Assembly (NCBI GenBank): GCA_045617585.1
Contig: JAZLIW010000184.1
Span: forward strand, 1-62,268
From: Eubacteriales bacterium
GTDB taxonomy: Bacteria; Bacillota; Clostridia; Oscillospirales; CAG-272
DNA: 62,268 bases
Direction: 5' to 3'
Positions 8,658-18,895 of this stretch are shown piece after piece (position 1 is the stretch's first letter; every line of letters starts with the position of its first letter). The translations under genes were made by a program, and so were the position numbers. A model generated the notes under the pieces. That model made no database searches. It had not been told where the DNA came from and worked only from the letters and a program-made list of their open reading frames with translations.

Positions 8658-9263
8658 ATAAAAAGCAACACGAAAGATCTTCTGATCAACGAACAGATCA
8701 AATTTCCGCCCCAGACCCTCGTACGCGTCATCGGGCCGGACAACGAGCAGCTCGGGATGCTTTCCGTTCCCGCCGCTCAGAGACTCGCGGATGAGAAAGG
8801 CTACGACCTCGTTCTCATCGCGCAGAACGCCGACTCCCCCGTCTGCCGCATCATGGACTACGGCAAATACCGTTTCGAGCGCGACAAGCGCGAGAAGGAA
8901 GCCAAGAAGAAGCAGCAGATCGTGGAGATCAAGGAGATCCAGTTGTCCTGTCTCATCGACACGAACGATTTCAATACAAAAGTGACCCGTGCACGCCGGT
9001 TCCTGACCGACGGCAACAAGGTCAAGGTCGTGCTGAAATTCCGCGGACGTCAGATGTCCCATCAGGATATCGGCAAGGAGCTGCTCCAGCGGTTCCAGGA
9101 TGCCTGCGCCGACGTCGGCACGGTCGACAAGGCACCGGTCCTTGAAAACCGGTTCATGACCGTTTTCATCAACCCCATGAAGGCCGCTCCCGCAAAGAAG
9201 CAGGAAAAGCCCAAGGAGAAGGAAAAAGAAACGGAGACCCCCGCGCCCGAGGAGGGCAACTGA
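8658..9263 (+). CDS. infC: Translation initiation factor IF-3 (probable non-canonical ATA start)
   Basis: KSNTKDLLINEQIKFPPQTLVRVIGPDNEQLGM... is typical IF-3. GGAGG at 8644-8648 sits 9 nt before the in-frame ATA at 8658. The ORF-track TTG at 8637 has no SD. Confidence 0.85.
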   Translation: MKSNTKDLLINEQIKFPPQTLVRVIGPDNEQLGMLSVPAAQRLADEKGYDLVLIAQNADSPVCRIMDYGKYRFERDKREKEAKKKQQIVEIKEIQLSCLIDTNDFNTKVTRARRFLTDGNKVKVVLKFRGRQMSHQDIGKELLQRFQDACADVGTVDKAPVLENRFMTVFINPMKAAPAKKQEKPKEKEKETETPAPEEGN

Positions 9264-9373
9264 TCGGATCGATTCGCCGCACCGCGGCGTGAGATACGGG
9301 ACGGCAAGCGCAACGGCGGCTGCCTTCCGCCCCGAAACATAAAAAACGAAAGCCGTCGGGAATGGATAATAAC

Positions 9374-9568
9374 ATGGGAAAGATCAAGACGCATAAGGCA
9401 ACCGCGAAGCGTTTCTCCACCACGAAGAGCGGTCTTGTCAAGCTCAACCACACCAACCGCCGTCATAAGCTCGGTCTGAAGACTCCGAAGCGCAAGAGAC
9501 AGCTCAGAAAAGCCGGATACCTCAGCAATTCCATGGCTCCGACCATCAAGTCTCTGCTGCCCCGCTGA
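9374..9568 (+). CDS. rpmI: 50S ribosomal protein L35
   Basis: MGKIKTHKATAKRFSTTKSG matches the L35 N-terminus. The ORF track starts 4 codons earlier, at 9362. Confidence 0.9.
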   Translation: MGKIKTHKATAKRFSTTKSGLVKLNHTNRRHKLGLKTPKRKRQLRKAGYLSNSMAPTIKSLLPR

Positions 9569-9598
9569 TCACGAAAGAAAGCATAGGAGGATAAGAAA

Positions 9599-9952
9599 AT
9601 GGCAAGAATCAAAGGCGCTTTGACGACGCGCAGAAGAAGAAATAAGATGCTCAAGCTCGCAAAGGGCTACTGGGGCGCAAAGAGCAAGCACTTCAAGATG
9701 GCGAAAGAAGCCGTCATGAAGAGCGGCAACTATGCATTTGCAGGACGCAAGCTCAAGAAGAGAGATTTCCGTTCTCTCTGGATCACCCGTATCTCCGCGC
9801 AGGCAAAGGTCAACGGTATCAACTATTCTCAGCTGATGCACGGTCTCAAACTCGCCGGCATCGACCTGAACCGCAAGATGCTCGCCGAGATCGCCGTTTC
9901 CGATAAGGAAGCGTTCGCGGCGCTCGTCGAAAAGGCAAAGGCTGCCCTCTGA
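9599..9952 (+). CDS. rplT: 50S ribosomal protein L20
   Basis: [30 protein letters not shown], with an AGGAGG SD upstream. Confidence 0.95.
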   Translation: MARIKGALTTRRRRNKMLKLAKGYWGAKSKHFKMAKEAVMKSGNYAFAGRKLKKRDFRSLWITRISAQAKVNGINYSQLMHGLKLAGIDLNRKMLAEIAVSDKEAFAALVEKAKAAL

Positions 9953-9963
9953 TATCAGATCTG

Positions 9964-9992
9964 AAAAACCCGGTTCCGCCGGGTTTTTCTTT
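9964..9992 (+). terminator. Rho-independent terminator after rplT
   Basis: aacccgg ttccg ccgggtt followed by ttttctttc. Confidence 0.75.
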
Positions 9993-10051
9993 CTTCCTTC
10001 GTATCGGCGCTCGCTGAAGCGGAGGAAGCGTACCGGAAAAAAGGAGGAACC

Positions 10052-10855
10052 ATGAATCCGACGATCACAAGCAGACAGAACCCGACCGTCGTCGCGGCGG
10101 CGGCGCTCAGGGAGGCGAAATACCGCCGGGAGGAAAGCGCGTTCCTCATCGAGGGGAAAAAGCTCTTCGAGGAGGCAGCGGCGTCCGGCGTGCCCCTGAC
10201 GCACGTTTTCGTGACCGAGGCACTGCTCCCGCTCGCGAGAAAAACGGTGCCCGAAAAGCTGATCTATCCGGTCACGGAGACCGTTCTCGACAAAATATCT
10301 TCGGAAAAGTCACCGGAAGGCATTATTTGTCGTGCCGGATATATTGACAAACTCCATTTTTTCAATACAATATATAAAAGGAAGGAACCGGAAGAGGCAG
10401 GACGTCTCTTTTTCGTCTCCTCCGTCCGGGACCCCGGAAATCTGGGGACCCTGATCCGTACCGCGAAGGCGTTCGGCATCGACGAGGTGATCCTCAGCGG
10501 CGACTGCGCGGACCTCTATCATACGAAGACCGTCCGTGCCTCGATGGGGGCGCTGTTCCGCACCCGCGTCACGGTCGCCGATGATTTCCCCGACGTGATC
10601 CGGTACTACCGGGAGGCGGGATACGAGATCTGGGCGTCCATGCTCGACCCGAAGGCACTGCCTCTCCCCTCCGTCCCGATCGGAGAAAAGACGGCGTTCA
10701 TCGTCGGCAACGAAGGGCACGGCCTCACCGAGGCGGTCGTCCGCGCCGCGGGACGAACGGTCTATATCCCCATGGCGGAGCGCAGCGTGGAATCGCTGAA
10801 CGTCTCCGCCGCTGCCTGCGTCCTTCTCTGGGAACAGTTCGGAAGACGCCGATAA
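10052..10855 (+). CDS. TrmH/SpoU-family RNA 2'-O-methyltransferase
   Basis: SpoU motifs DPGNLGTLIRTA, FIVGNEGHGL and SLNVSAAACVLL. Confidence 0.85.
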   Translation: MNPTITSRQNPTVVAAAALREAKYRREESAFLIEGKKLFEEAAASGVPLTHVFVTEALLPLARKTVPEKLIYPVTETVLDKISSEKSPEGIICRAGYIDKLHFFNTIYKRKEPEEAGRLFFVSSVRDPGNLGTLIRTAKAFGIDEVILSGDCADLYHTKTVRASMGALFRTRVTVADDFPDVIRYYREAGYEIWASMLDPKALPLPSVPIGEKTAFIVGNEGHGLTEAVVRAAGRTVYIPMAERSVESLNVSAAACVLLWEQFGRRR

Positions 10856-10876
10856 CCGTAAAAGGAGGTGCCCGGT

Positions 10877-12208
10877 TTGTCATCGTCCTATCCCGCTTCC
10901 CGCGCCCTGCGCTGGATCTGGCTCAGCAACTTTCTTGAACCCGGCACCGTCCAGAGCGATCTGCTTTTCGAGCATTTCGACGGGGAGATCGACCGGATCT
11001 ACGAGGCGAGAGAAAAAGAATACGCCCTGATCCCCGGCCTCAGCCGCAACCTGATCGACCGCCTGACCGACAAGTCGATGGACGGCGCGATCGAGGTCGC
11101 GGAATACTGCGCGGGGAAAAACGTCGATCTGCTCTGCCCCGATATGCCCGCTTATCCCCGCCGTCTGCTGAACATCCGCCGCCGTCCCGCGGTCCTCTAC
11201 GTGAAGGGAACGCTCCCCGAGATCGATTCCTCGGTCTGCATCGCGGTCGTCGGAACGAGAGAGATGACGGAATACGGGGCAAACGCCGCGTATTCGATCT
11301 CCTACGATATGGCAAAGGCAGGTGCCGTCGTCGTCAGCGGTATGGCGCGCGGGATCGACGGCATGGCGCACCGCGGTGCGCTCGACGCGGGCGGGATCAC
11401 GGTCGCCGTCCTCGGCTCGGGCGGTGACCGGCCTTATCCGAGGGAGCACGCCGCGTTGCTCGAAGAGATCGCGTCGCACGGTGCCGTCCTCTCCGAGTTT
11501 CGCCCGTTCGAGCCGCCCGTCTCCTTCCATTTTCCGACGCGGAACCGCATCATCAGCGGTCTCTCGGTCGGTACGCTGATCGTGGAAGCGCCGCGGAGCA
11601 GCGGCGCGCTGATCACGGCGAAGGACGCCCTGTATCAGGGCAGAGACCTGTTCGCCGTCCCCGGCAAGCTCGGGGAGCGCAACAGCCTCGGCACGAACGA
11701 CCTGATCAAAAGCGGTGCCTCCATCGTGACCTCCGCCGCCGACGTGCTGGAGCGCTATCTTCCCCTCTATCCCGGCAAGCTCGATCCCGGCGCCCTTTCC
11801 GCCGCCCGCACCACCGTTCCGAAAAAGCGCCTCGCCGTCCCGAAGAACGGGGAGCCGCCGGCACGTGCGGGACTGATTCTGCCCTCCGACCCGGTCCTGC
11901 CCGAGGACGGAGAAGCGGAAAACGTCCACGCCGCAGGACGTGAAACGTCCTCCCTCCCGCGTGACGGGCGGGAAACGGAACGGGAAGCCGCGCCTGCGTC
12001 ACCAAAATCAGCAAACAACGTCCCGGAAGGTCTGACCGACCGGGAAAAAGAGATCTGTCTCCTGATCCCGGAGGGACAGAGCGCCGCCTCGGACGAGATC
12101 GTCCGGAAAGCGGGGCTGCCCGTCAACGAGGTCATGACGACCCTGACCTTTCTTGAAATGAAAGGCGCGATCCGGGCACTGCCCGGCGGTCTGTTCGTCC
12201 GCTGCTGA
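10877..12208 (+). CDS. dprA: DNA-processing protein DprA (Smf) with a long Pro-rich linker before the C-terminal winged helix
   Basis: GTREMTEYG...SGMARGIDGMAHRGAL...FPTRNRIISGLS...VEAPRSSGALITA. The ORF-track GTG at 10868 overlaps the GGAGG SD; the TTG at 10877 is 8 nt after it. Confidence 0.85.
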   Translation: MSSSYPASRALRWIWLSNFLEPGTVQSDLLFEHFDGEIDRIYEAREKEYALIPGLSRNLIDRLTDKSMDGAIEVAEYCAGKNVDLLCPDMPAYPRRLLNIRRRPAVLYVKGTLPEIDSSVCIAVVGTREMTEYGANAAYSISYDMAKAGAVVVSGMARGIDGMAHRGALDAGGITVAVLGSGGDRPYPREHAALLEEIASHGAVLSEFRPFEPPVSFHFPTRNRIISGLSVGTLIVEAPRSSGALITAKDALYQGRDLFAVPGKLGERNSLGTNDLIKSGASIVTSAADVLERYLPLYPGKLDPGALSAARTTVPKKRLAVPKNGEPPARAGLILPSDPVLPEDGEAENVHAAGRETSSLPRDGRETEREAAPASPKSANNVPEGLTDREKEICLLIPEGQSAASDEIVRKAGLPVNEVMTTLTFLEMKGAIRALPGGLFVRC

Positions 12209-12288
12209 AACGGACGCGCGTTCCCTCTCCTCCCCGGTGAGCGGAGGGGGACGGAAAAAGAACTGTTCACCGGAGAAACGGATACGGT

Positions 12289-14574
12289 ATGTCCTCTCTT
12301 GTCATTATGGAATCCCCGGCGAAAGCCAACACGGTCCAGCACTATCTGGGCTCCGGATATAAGGTCATGGCCTCGGTCGGACACGTCCGGGACCTGCCCA
12401 AGAGCACCCTCGGCATCGACATCGAAAACGGCTTCGCTGCGAAATATATCAACATCCGCGGGAAAGGCGATCTGATCAAGTCACTGAAAAAAGAAGCGAA
12501 GGCAGCCACGAAGATCTATCTCGCGACCGACCCTGACCGGGAAGGCGAAGCGATCTCCTGGCACCTTGCCGCCGTGCTCGGCATCCCGATCGAGCAGACC
12601 CGCCGCATCACCTTCAACGAGGTCACGAAGACCGCGGTCAAGGCGGCGATCAAGAATCCGCGCAACATCGACATGGATATGGTCAACTCCCAGCAGGCGC
12701 GCCGGATCCTCGACCGCATCGTCGGCTACAAGCTCTCTCCCTTCCTCTGGAAGACCGTGCGCTCCGGCCTTTCCGCCGGCCGCGTCCAGTCGGTCGCGAC
12801 GCGCATCATCGTCGAGCGGGAAAACGAGATCCGTGCCTTCAATCCCGAGGAATACTGGACGGTCGACGCGGAGCTCGAGACCGCAAAGCGCAAAAAGTTC
12901 ACGGCGCACTACTACGGCACCGCGGACGGAAAGCGCGTCGAGCTGAAGACCGCCGAGGACGCGAAGCGCGTTACCGAAGCCGCGGAGAACGGGACCTTCA
13001 CCGTTGCCTCCGTCCGCCGCGCCAGCCGCTCCCGCCATCCCGCGCCTCCCTTCACCACCTCCTCCATGCTGCAGGAGGCTTCCCGCCGCCTCGGCTTCCA
13101 GTCCGCGCGGATCATGAAGGTCGCGCAGGAACTGTACGAGGGGATCAATCTCGGCTCGCAGAACGGCGGCGTCCACGGTCTGATCACCTATATGCGTACC
13201 GACTCTCTCCGCATCTCGGAGGAAGCGCAGCAGGCCGCTGCGGCGTATATCCGCGCGTCCTACGGCGACGAATACTGTCCTGCCTCTCCCCGGATCTACC
13301 GCACCGATAAGAACGCGCAGGACGCCCACGAGGCGATCCGCCCGTCCGATCTCACGAGAGACCCGGATTCCATCAAAAAGCACCTCACGACCGACCAGTA
13401 TAAGCTCTACCGTCTGATCTGGAGCCGCTTCGTTGCCTCCCAGATGGCCTCCGCGGAGCTGGACACCGTGACGGCGGACGCCGTCAGCGGCGGCTGCCTC
13501 TTCCGTGCCTCCGGCACGACGGTCCGCTTCCCCGGCTTCATGGCGGTCTACGATTACGCCGACGACGAGGATGCGCCCGCATCCAAGGCGCGTCAGCTCC
13601 CCGAGCTGAACGAAAACGACGCTCTCCGTCAGAACGCGATCCTGCCGAAGCAGCACTTCACCGAGCCGCCTCCCCGCTTCAACGAGGCGTCCCTCATCGA
13701 GTTCCTGAAGGACAAGGGCATCGGCAGACCGAGCACCTACACGCCCATCATCACGACCATCCTCGCGCGCGGCTACGTCGAGAGAGAGGGCAAGTCCCTC
13801 CGTCCCACCCCGCTCGGCGAGGTGACGACCAAGCTGATGGTCGAGCGGTTCCCCGACATCGTGGACTACGCCTTCACCGCCCGGATGGAGGACGAGCTGG
13901 ACTCCATTGAGGAAAAGAAGACGACGATGGAGGCCGTCCTCGGCGAGTTCTATGGCGGCTTCGACAAAGCCCTGACCGGCGCGTTCGAGTCGGTCGGCGG
14001 CGACAGGATCGAGATCCCGGTCGAGGAGACCGATATCCTCTGCGACAAATGCGGTGCCCGCATGGTCATCAAGTCGGGCAGATTCGGCAAATTCGCCGCC
14101 TGCCCCAACTATCCCGCCTGCAAGAACACCAAGCCCCTCTCGAAGGACGGCACCCCGATCGAGACGGCGGAGACCGCCGAGCCGATCGGTCAGAACTGCG
14201 AAAAGTGCGGCGCGCCGATGGTACGGCGCAAGGGCAGATACGGGGAATTCATCGCCTGCTCCGATTATCCGAAGTGCAGGAATACCCGTCAGATCAGCCG
14301 GGAGATCGGCGTCGGCTGCCCGCTCTGCGGGTCGAAGATCGTCTCCCGCCACGGGAAGAACCGCAGCTTCTTCTATTCCTGCGAGAGCTATCCCTCCTGC
14401 AAGTACGTTTCCTGGGACCTTCCCCTGCCGGAGAAGTGCCCCGACTGCGGCAAGCCGCTCTACCTGAAAAAGGGCAAGGATCAGATCATCTGCAAGGAAA
14501 AGGACTGCGGCTATAAAAAGGACCTGACGCCCGAGGAAGCGGCGGAACGGCGGAAGGCGGCGGGACCGGTATGA
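12289..14574 (+). CDS. topA: DNA topoisomerase I with four C-terminal C4 zinc ribbons
   Basis: Toprim N-terminus [15 protein letters not shown], active-site region LITYMRTDS, and four CxxC...CxxxxxC ribbons between about 14040 and 14520. Confidence 0.95.
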   Translation: MSSLVIMESPAKANTVQHYLGSGYKVMASVGHVRDLPKSTLGIDIENGFAAKYINIRGKGDLIKSLKKEAKAATKIYLATDPDREGEAISWHLAAVLGIPIEQTRRITFNEVTKTAVKAAIKNPRNIDMDMVNSQQARRILDRIVGYKLSPFLWKTVRSGLSAGRVQSVATRIIVERENEIRAFNPEEYWTVDAELETAKRKKFTAHYYGTADGKRVELKTAEDAKRVTEAAENGTFTVASVRRASRSRHPAPPFTTSSMLQEASRRLGFQSARIMKVAQELYEGINLGSQNGGVHGLITYMRTDSLRISEEAQQAAAAYIRASYGDEYCPASPRIYRTDKNAQDAHEAIRPSDLTRDPDSIKKHLTTDQYKLYRLIWSRFVASQMASAELDTVTADAVSGGCLFRASGTTVRFPGFMAVYDYADDEDAPASKARQLPELNENDALRQNAILPKQHFTEPPPRFNEASLIEFLKDKGIGRPSTYTPIITTILARGYVEREGKSLRPTPLGEVTTKLMVERFPDIVDYAFTARMEDELDSIEEKKTTMEAVLGEFYGGFDKALTGAFESVGGDRIEIPVEETDILCDKCGARMVIKSGRFGKFAACPNYPACKNTKPLSKDGTPIETAETAEPIGQNCEKCGAPMVRRKGRYGEFIACSDYPKCRNTRQISREIGVGCPLCGSKIVSRHGKNRSFFYSCESYPSCKYVSWDLPLPEKCPDCGKPLYLKKGKDQIICKEKDCGYKKDLTPEEAAERRKAAGPV

Positions 14575-15899
14575 GCGTTCCTTCCGTCACCGTCATCGGC
14601 GCGGGTCTTGCCGGTTCCGAGGCGGCGTGGCAGCTCGCAAAGCGCGGGGTGCACGTCCGTCTCTATGAAATGAAGCCCGCGAAATACACCCCTGCGCACC
14701 GTTCCCCCGGTTTCGCAGAGCTCGTATGCTCCAATTCGCTGCGCTCCGCGCAGTTATCAAACGCGGTCGGGCTTCTGAAAGAAGAGCTCCGCCGCCTCGG
14801 CTCCCTGATCATGGAGGCGGCGGACCGTTCCGCCGTTCCCGCGGGCTCCGCGCTCGCCGTGGACCGCGATCTCTTTTCCGCCTATATCACGGAAAAGATC
14901 AGGAACCATCCGCTCATCACGGTTTACGAAGAGGAACGCCGCTCGGTAGAGGAGGGCGAGGTCACGGTCGTCGCGACCGGTCCCCTGACCTCCGATCCGC
15001 TCGCCGATTATCTGACGAACGTCCTCGGCTGCGGCAATCTCCATTTCTTCGACGCGGCGGCGCCGATCGTAGACGCCGCAACGATCGATTACGAAAAGGC
15101 CTTCCTCGCCTCCCGCTACGGCAAGGGCGAGGCGTGCTACCTCAACTGCCCGATGACGAAGGAGGAGTACGGGGCGTTCTACGACGCGCTCGTCACCGCC
15201 GAGGGCGCGAAGCTCCACGGCGTGGACGGCGAGCTGACCGTCTTCGAGGGCTGTATGCCCGTCGAGGTCATGGCAAAGCGTGGGCGCGATACCCTGCTCT
15301 TCGGTCCGCTCAAGCCGGTCGGTCTCCCCGACCCGAAGACCGGAAAAGAGGCGTACGCCGTCGTGCAGCTGCGGCAGGAGAATCTGGAAAAGACGATGTA
15401 CAACCTCGTCGGCTTCCAGACGCATCTCACCTTCGGGGAACAGAAGCGCGTCTTCCGCATGATCCCGGGGCTGGAAAACGCAGAATTCCTCCGCTACGGC
15501 GTCATGCACCGGAACACCTATCTCGATTCCCCGCGCCTTCTCGATCCCACCTACGCCATGCGTTCCCGCCCCGATCTGTTCTTCGCGGGACAGATGACAG
15601 GCGTCGAGGGCTACGTGGAATCCACCTCCTCCGGCTTCGTCGCCGGTGTCGCCGCGGCGCGGCGCGTCCTCGGCATGGAGCCGTTCGACTTCCCCGCCCT
15701 GACTGCGATCGGCGCGCTGGCGCACTACGTCAGCGATCCGAACGTCGCGAACTTCCAGCCGATGAACGCCAATTTCGGCATCGTCGACCCTCTCGGCTAT
15801 AAGGTCAAAGGCAAAGCGGCGAGAAACGAAGAGCTTTCCGCCCGTTCCCTCACCTGGATCGAAGCCGAAAAAGACGCGATCCTTCCATCAAACTGCTGA
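14571..15899 (+). CDS. trmFO: Methylenetetrahydrofolate-tRNA-(uracil54-C5)-methyltransferase TrmFO
   Basis: FAD motif [16 protein letters not shown]. The Gid/TrmFO-type sequence follows topA as in Firmicutes. ATGA overlap with the topA stop. Confidence 0.9.
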   Translation: MSVPSVTVIGAGLAGSEAAWQLAKRGVHVRLYEMKPAKYTPAHRSPGFAELVCSNSLRSAQLSNAVGLLKEELRRLGSLIMEAADRSAVPAGSALAVDRDLFSAYITEKIRNHPLITVYEEERRSVEEGEVTVVATGPLTSDPLADYLTNVLGCGNLHFFDAAAPIVDAATIDYEKAFLASRYGKGEACYLNCPMTKEEYGAFYDALVTAEGAKLHGVDGELTVFEGCMPVEVMAKRGRDTLLFGPLKPVGLPDPKTGKEAYAVVQLRQENLEKTMYNLVGFQTHLTFGEQKRVFRMIPGLENAEFLRYGVMHRNTYLDSPRLLDPTYAMRSRPDLFFAGQMTGVEGYVESTSSGFVAGVAAARRVLGMEPFDFPALTAIGALAHYVSDPNVANFQPMNANFGIVDPLGYKVKGKAARNEELSARSLTWIEAEKDAILPSNC

Positions 15900-15911
15900 A
15901 AAGGTTGACCT

Positions 15912-16940
15912 ATGAAGATCATTCTCGATATCATGGGCGGCGATAACGCGCCGTCCGCCCCGCTTCTCGGGCTGCTCGAAGCCTGCCGCGCCTGGCAGAA
16001 CGTCGGCTTCATCGCCGTCGGGAACGAGGAAACGGTCAGGGCGGCAGCGGAAGAGGCGGGCCTTTCCCTCTCCCTGCCGAATCTGTCGTTCGTCCACGCA
16101 CCCGACGTCATCACGATGGAGGACCCCGCGCTCTCGGTCGTCCGTGAAAAGAAAGAATCCTCGATGGCGGCAGGTCTGCGTCTGCTCTCGCAGGGGGAAG
16201 GCGACGCGTTCGTCTCCGCCGGCAATACGGGTGCGCTCCACGCGGGCTCCACGCTGATCGTCCGCCGTATCCGCGGCGTAAGAAAATCCGCCATCGCCTC
16301 CATCCTCCCGATGTCGAAGCCGCTGCTCCTCATCGACTCCGGCGCCAATCTGGAACTGAAGCAGGAGGAATACGTCCAGCTCGCCAAGATGGGCACGGTC
16401 TACATGAAGCGGATCTTCCGCGTCGAAGACCCCGCCGTCGGCCTGCTCAACAACGGGACGGAAAGCACCAAGGGGAGCGCGCTCCTGCAGGAGGTCTACC
16501 GGCTGCTGGAGAATGCGGAGGGGATCCGCTTCATCGGCAACGTGGAAGGCAAAGAGATCCCGCGCGGCAAATGCGACGTCCTCGTGACCGACGGCTTCAC
16601 CGGAAACGCGGTCCTGAAAACGGTCGAAGGGATGGGTTCCTTCTTCTTCGACAAGCTCCGTGAGATCGCCGGGAAGAACGCGATGACCAAAACGGCGGGG
16701 CTGATGCTGAAGCCCGGGCTGAAAGCGGTCAAAAAAGAGCTCGACCCCTCGGAATACGGCGGCGCGCCGCTCCTCGGGCTCTCGAAGCCGGTCATCAAGG
16801 CACACGGATCCTCCGATCCGACCGCCGTTTTCAATGCGATCCGGCAGGCGATCAGCTTCGTCCAGTCCGGCATCACCTACGAGATCGCGGAAATGATCGC
16901 CGCGGAAAGCACGAAGAAAGAAGCCGAACCCAATGAATGA
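15912..16940 (+). CDS. plsX: Phosphate acyltransferase PlsX
   Basis: MKIILDIMGGDNAP...GFTGNAVLKT...LLGLSKPVIKAHGSS. Confidence 0.9.
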   Translation: MKIILDIMGGDNAPSAPLLGLLEACRAWQNVGFIAVGNEETVRAAAEEAGLSLSLPNLSFVHAPDVITMEDPALSVVREKKESSMAAGLRLLSQGEGDAFVSAGNTGALHAGSTLIVRRIRGVRKSAIASILPMSKPLLLIDSGANLELKQEEYVQLAKMGTVYMKRIFRVEDPAVGLLNNGTESTKGSALLQEVYRLLENAEGIRFIGNVEGKEIPRGKCDVLVTDGFTGNAVLKTVEGMGSFFFDKLREIAGKNAMTKTAGLMLKPGLKAVKKELDPSEYGGAPLLGLSKPVIKAHGSSDPTAVFNAIRQAISFVQSGITYEIAEMIAAESTKKEAEPNE

Positions 16941-17661
16941 CACCGAAAAATGCCCTCAATATCCTCTGGACCCCGCCCTGCTTGAAAAGCGGCTGGGGCA
17001 CGAGTTCCGCGATCGGGAGCTGCTCCGCGTCGCGCTGACCCACTCGTCCTATTCCAACGAGCTGCGCGCCAGAGGTCAGATCGTCCGATACAACGAGCGG
17101 ATGGAATTCCTCGGGGATTCCGTCCTCTCCATCGTCACGAGCGAATATCTCTTTGCCCATTATCCCTCCATGCCGGAGGGAGATCTTTCCCCGGTGCGCG
17201 CAAGCGCCGTCTGTGAGGAAGCACTCTACCGCTACGCGAAGGAGATCTCCCTCGGCGATTATCTCCTCCTCGGAAAGGGAGAAGCGCACGACGGGCGGAA
17301 CAAGAAGTCCATCCTCGCCGACGCCTTCGAGGCCGTGCTCGCCGCGCTGTTCCTCGACGGGGGCGCGGACGCGGTCAAGCCCTTCCTTCTGCCCTTCCTG
17401 ACCGAAGAGATCACGGAGATCGTCCGCTCCGGGTCCTACAAGGATTTCAAGACCGAATTGCAGCAGTTCATCCAGCAGGACCGGGGAGAGCACCCCGAAT
17501 ATTTCGTCGTTTCGGAGGAAGGTCCCGCCCACAAAAAGACCTTCGAGGTCGAGGCGATGCTGAACAGCAACGTCATCGGCAGGGGCAAAGGCTCCTCCAA
17601 ACGGGAAGCGGAACAGCAGGCGGCAAGAGAAGCGCTGCGTCTGTTCGGGCTTCTGAACTGA
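16933..17661 (+). CDS. rnc: Ribonuclease III
   Basis: RNase III signature ERMEFLGDSVL and a C-terminal dsRBD (GKGSSKREAEQQAAREAL). The start overlaps the plsX stop by 8 nt. Confidence 0.9.
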   Translation: MNDTEKCPQYPLDPALLEKRLGHEFRDRELLRVALTHSSYSNELRARGQIVRYNERMEFLGDSVLSIVTSEYLFAHYPSMPEGDLSPVRASAVCEEALYRYAKEISLGDYLLLGKGEAHDGRNKKSILADAFEAVLAALFLDGGADAVKPFLLPFLTEEITEIVRSGSYKDFKTELQQFIQQDRGEHPEYFVVSEEGPAHKKTFEVEAMLNSNVIGRGKGSSKREAEQQAAREALRLFGLLN

Positions 17662-17742
17662 AAAAACCACGGGGTCGGATCACTGCGGTGAGACGGCCCC
17701 CCTTTTCCCTTCCGGAAGAAAGAGAAGAAAGAAAAGAAAACC

Positions 17743-18771
17743 ATGAAAAAGCACGTCAACCTGCCCTTTTTCATTCCCCATCTCGGCTGCCCGAATGCCT
17801 GCGTCTTCTGCGATCAGCACACGATCTCGGGCGCGGACGGTTACGACGCCGCGCGCTTCCGCCGGGAGGCGGAAGCGATCCTCTCCTCGCTCGACCCGGA
17901 GACGACGGAGGTCGAGATCGCGTTTTTCGGCGGTTCCTTCACGGGGATCGACCGGGACCTGATGCTGGAGCTGCTGAACGCCGCGGACGGTTTCCTGCGG
18001 GACGGCAGGGCGGCATCCGTCCGGGTCTCGACGAGACCGGACTATATCGACGGGGAGATCCTCGGGATCCTGAAGGAGCACGGGGTAAAGACGGTGGAGC
18101 TCGGCATCCAGAGTGCCTCCGACCGGATTCTTGCCGCCGCGGGACGGGGACATACGTTTTCCGATACCGTCCGCGCCTGCCGCCTCCTCACCGGGGAAGG
18201 CTTCCGGGTCGTCGGGCAGATGATGATCGGCCTGCCCGAAAGCACTGGCGAGGACGAGCGGCACACCGCGGAGGCGATTGCCGCGCTCGGCTGCACGGCG
18301 GCGCGGATCTATCCGACGGTCGTCCTGCGCGGGACGGCGCTTGCGGCGATGGCGGAGGCGGGGACCTACGTTCCTCTCTCCCTGCCCGAGGCGGTCCGGC
18401 GTTCCGCCGACGTATACGGGATCTTCCTCGACCGGGGCGTACAGGTCATCCGCGTCGGCCTCTGCGCCGGAGAGCAGTACCGTGAAGGCGAAGACGGCGA
18501 GGTCGCCGCGGGGGAATACCATCCGGCGATCGGAGAACTGGTGAAAAGCCGGGTCTTCCTCGATAAAATCACCGAAACGTGGAAGCGCTCCCCCATCCCG
18601 CCGAAAGACGGGACCCTGCGGATGGAGATCCCGCGCGGCTTCCTCTCCGCACTGATCGGCAAGGGCGGCGAAGGGCGGAGAGAGCTGCTTTCCCTGACCG
18701 GGGCAAAGCGCCTCCACGCCGTCGAAACGGACGCCCTGAAACCGTTTTCCTTCCGCTTTCCGTCGGTATAA
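17743..18771 (+). CDS. Radical SAM protein (ELP3-like family commonly found between rnc and smc)
   Basis: CPNACVFC (CX3CX2C) lies 15 residues from the N-terminus. Confidence 0.8.
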   Translation: MKKHVNLPFFIPHLGCPNACVFCDQHTISGADGYDAARFRREAEAILSSLDPETTEVEIAFFGGSFTGIDRDLMLELLNAADGFLRDGRAASVRVSTRPDYIDGEILGILKEHGVKTVELGIQSASDRILAAAGRGHTFSDTVRACRLLTGEGFRVVGQMMIGLPESTGEDERHTAEAIAALGCTAARIYPTVVLRGTALAAMAEAGTYVPLSLPEAVRRSADVYGIFLDRGVQVIRVGLCAGEQYREGEDGEVAAGEYHPAIGELVKSRVFLDKITETWKRSPIPPKDGTLRMEIPRGFLSALIGKGGEGRRELLSLTGAKRLHAVETDALKPFSFRFPSV

Positions 18772-18826
18772 CGGCGGAAACGCGAAAGGAAAACGGTCTT
18801 TTTTTCAAAAAATCGCGATTTGGGTA

Positions 18827-18855
18827 GTGACAAAACCGAGGGAATATGATATAAT
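18827..18855 (+). promoter_or_regulatory. Sigma-A type promoter for smc-ftsY
   Basis: GTGACA, 17 nt, TATAAT, preceded by TGA (extended -10). Confidence 0.5.
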
Positions 18856-18895
18856 AAAATGATTATTTATTGACCACGAAAGGAGGTACGCCGTC

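Noticed and set aside
8541-9062. 173-aa minus-strand ORF overlapping the infC leader and gene.
   Set aside because: It is antisense to an unmistakable IF-3 coding sequence and has no SD or motifs, so it is a shadow ORF.
12481-14352. 623-aa ORF antisense to topA. Similar long antisense or out-of-frame ORFs occur opposite dprA, plsX, smc, pgk, the acyl-CoA ligase, proA, ychF and typA.
   Set aside because: Their translations are Arg/Ala/Gly/Pro/Asp-rich with no recognisable motifs. The opposite strand or frame encodes an unmistakable conserved protein in each case. Long stop-free shadow frames are expected in DNA this GC-rich.
17715-17742. 28-nt polypurine tract (ggaagaaagagaagaaagaaaagaaaac) before the radical SAM gene.
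   Set aside because: It is most simply an extended purine-rich SD or spacer region. I can see no repeat partner, mirror symmetry or conserved motif that would support a specific regulatory element.
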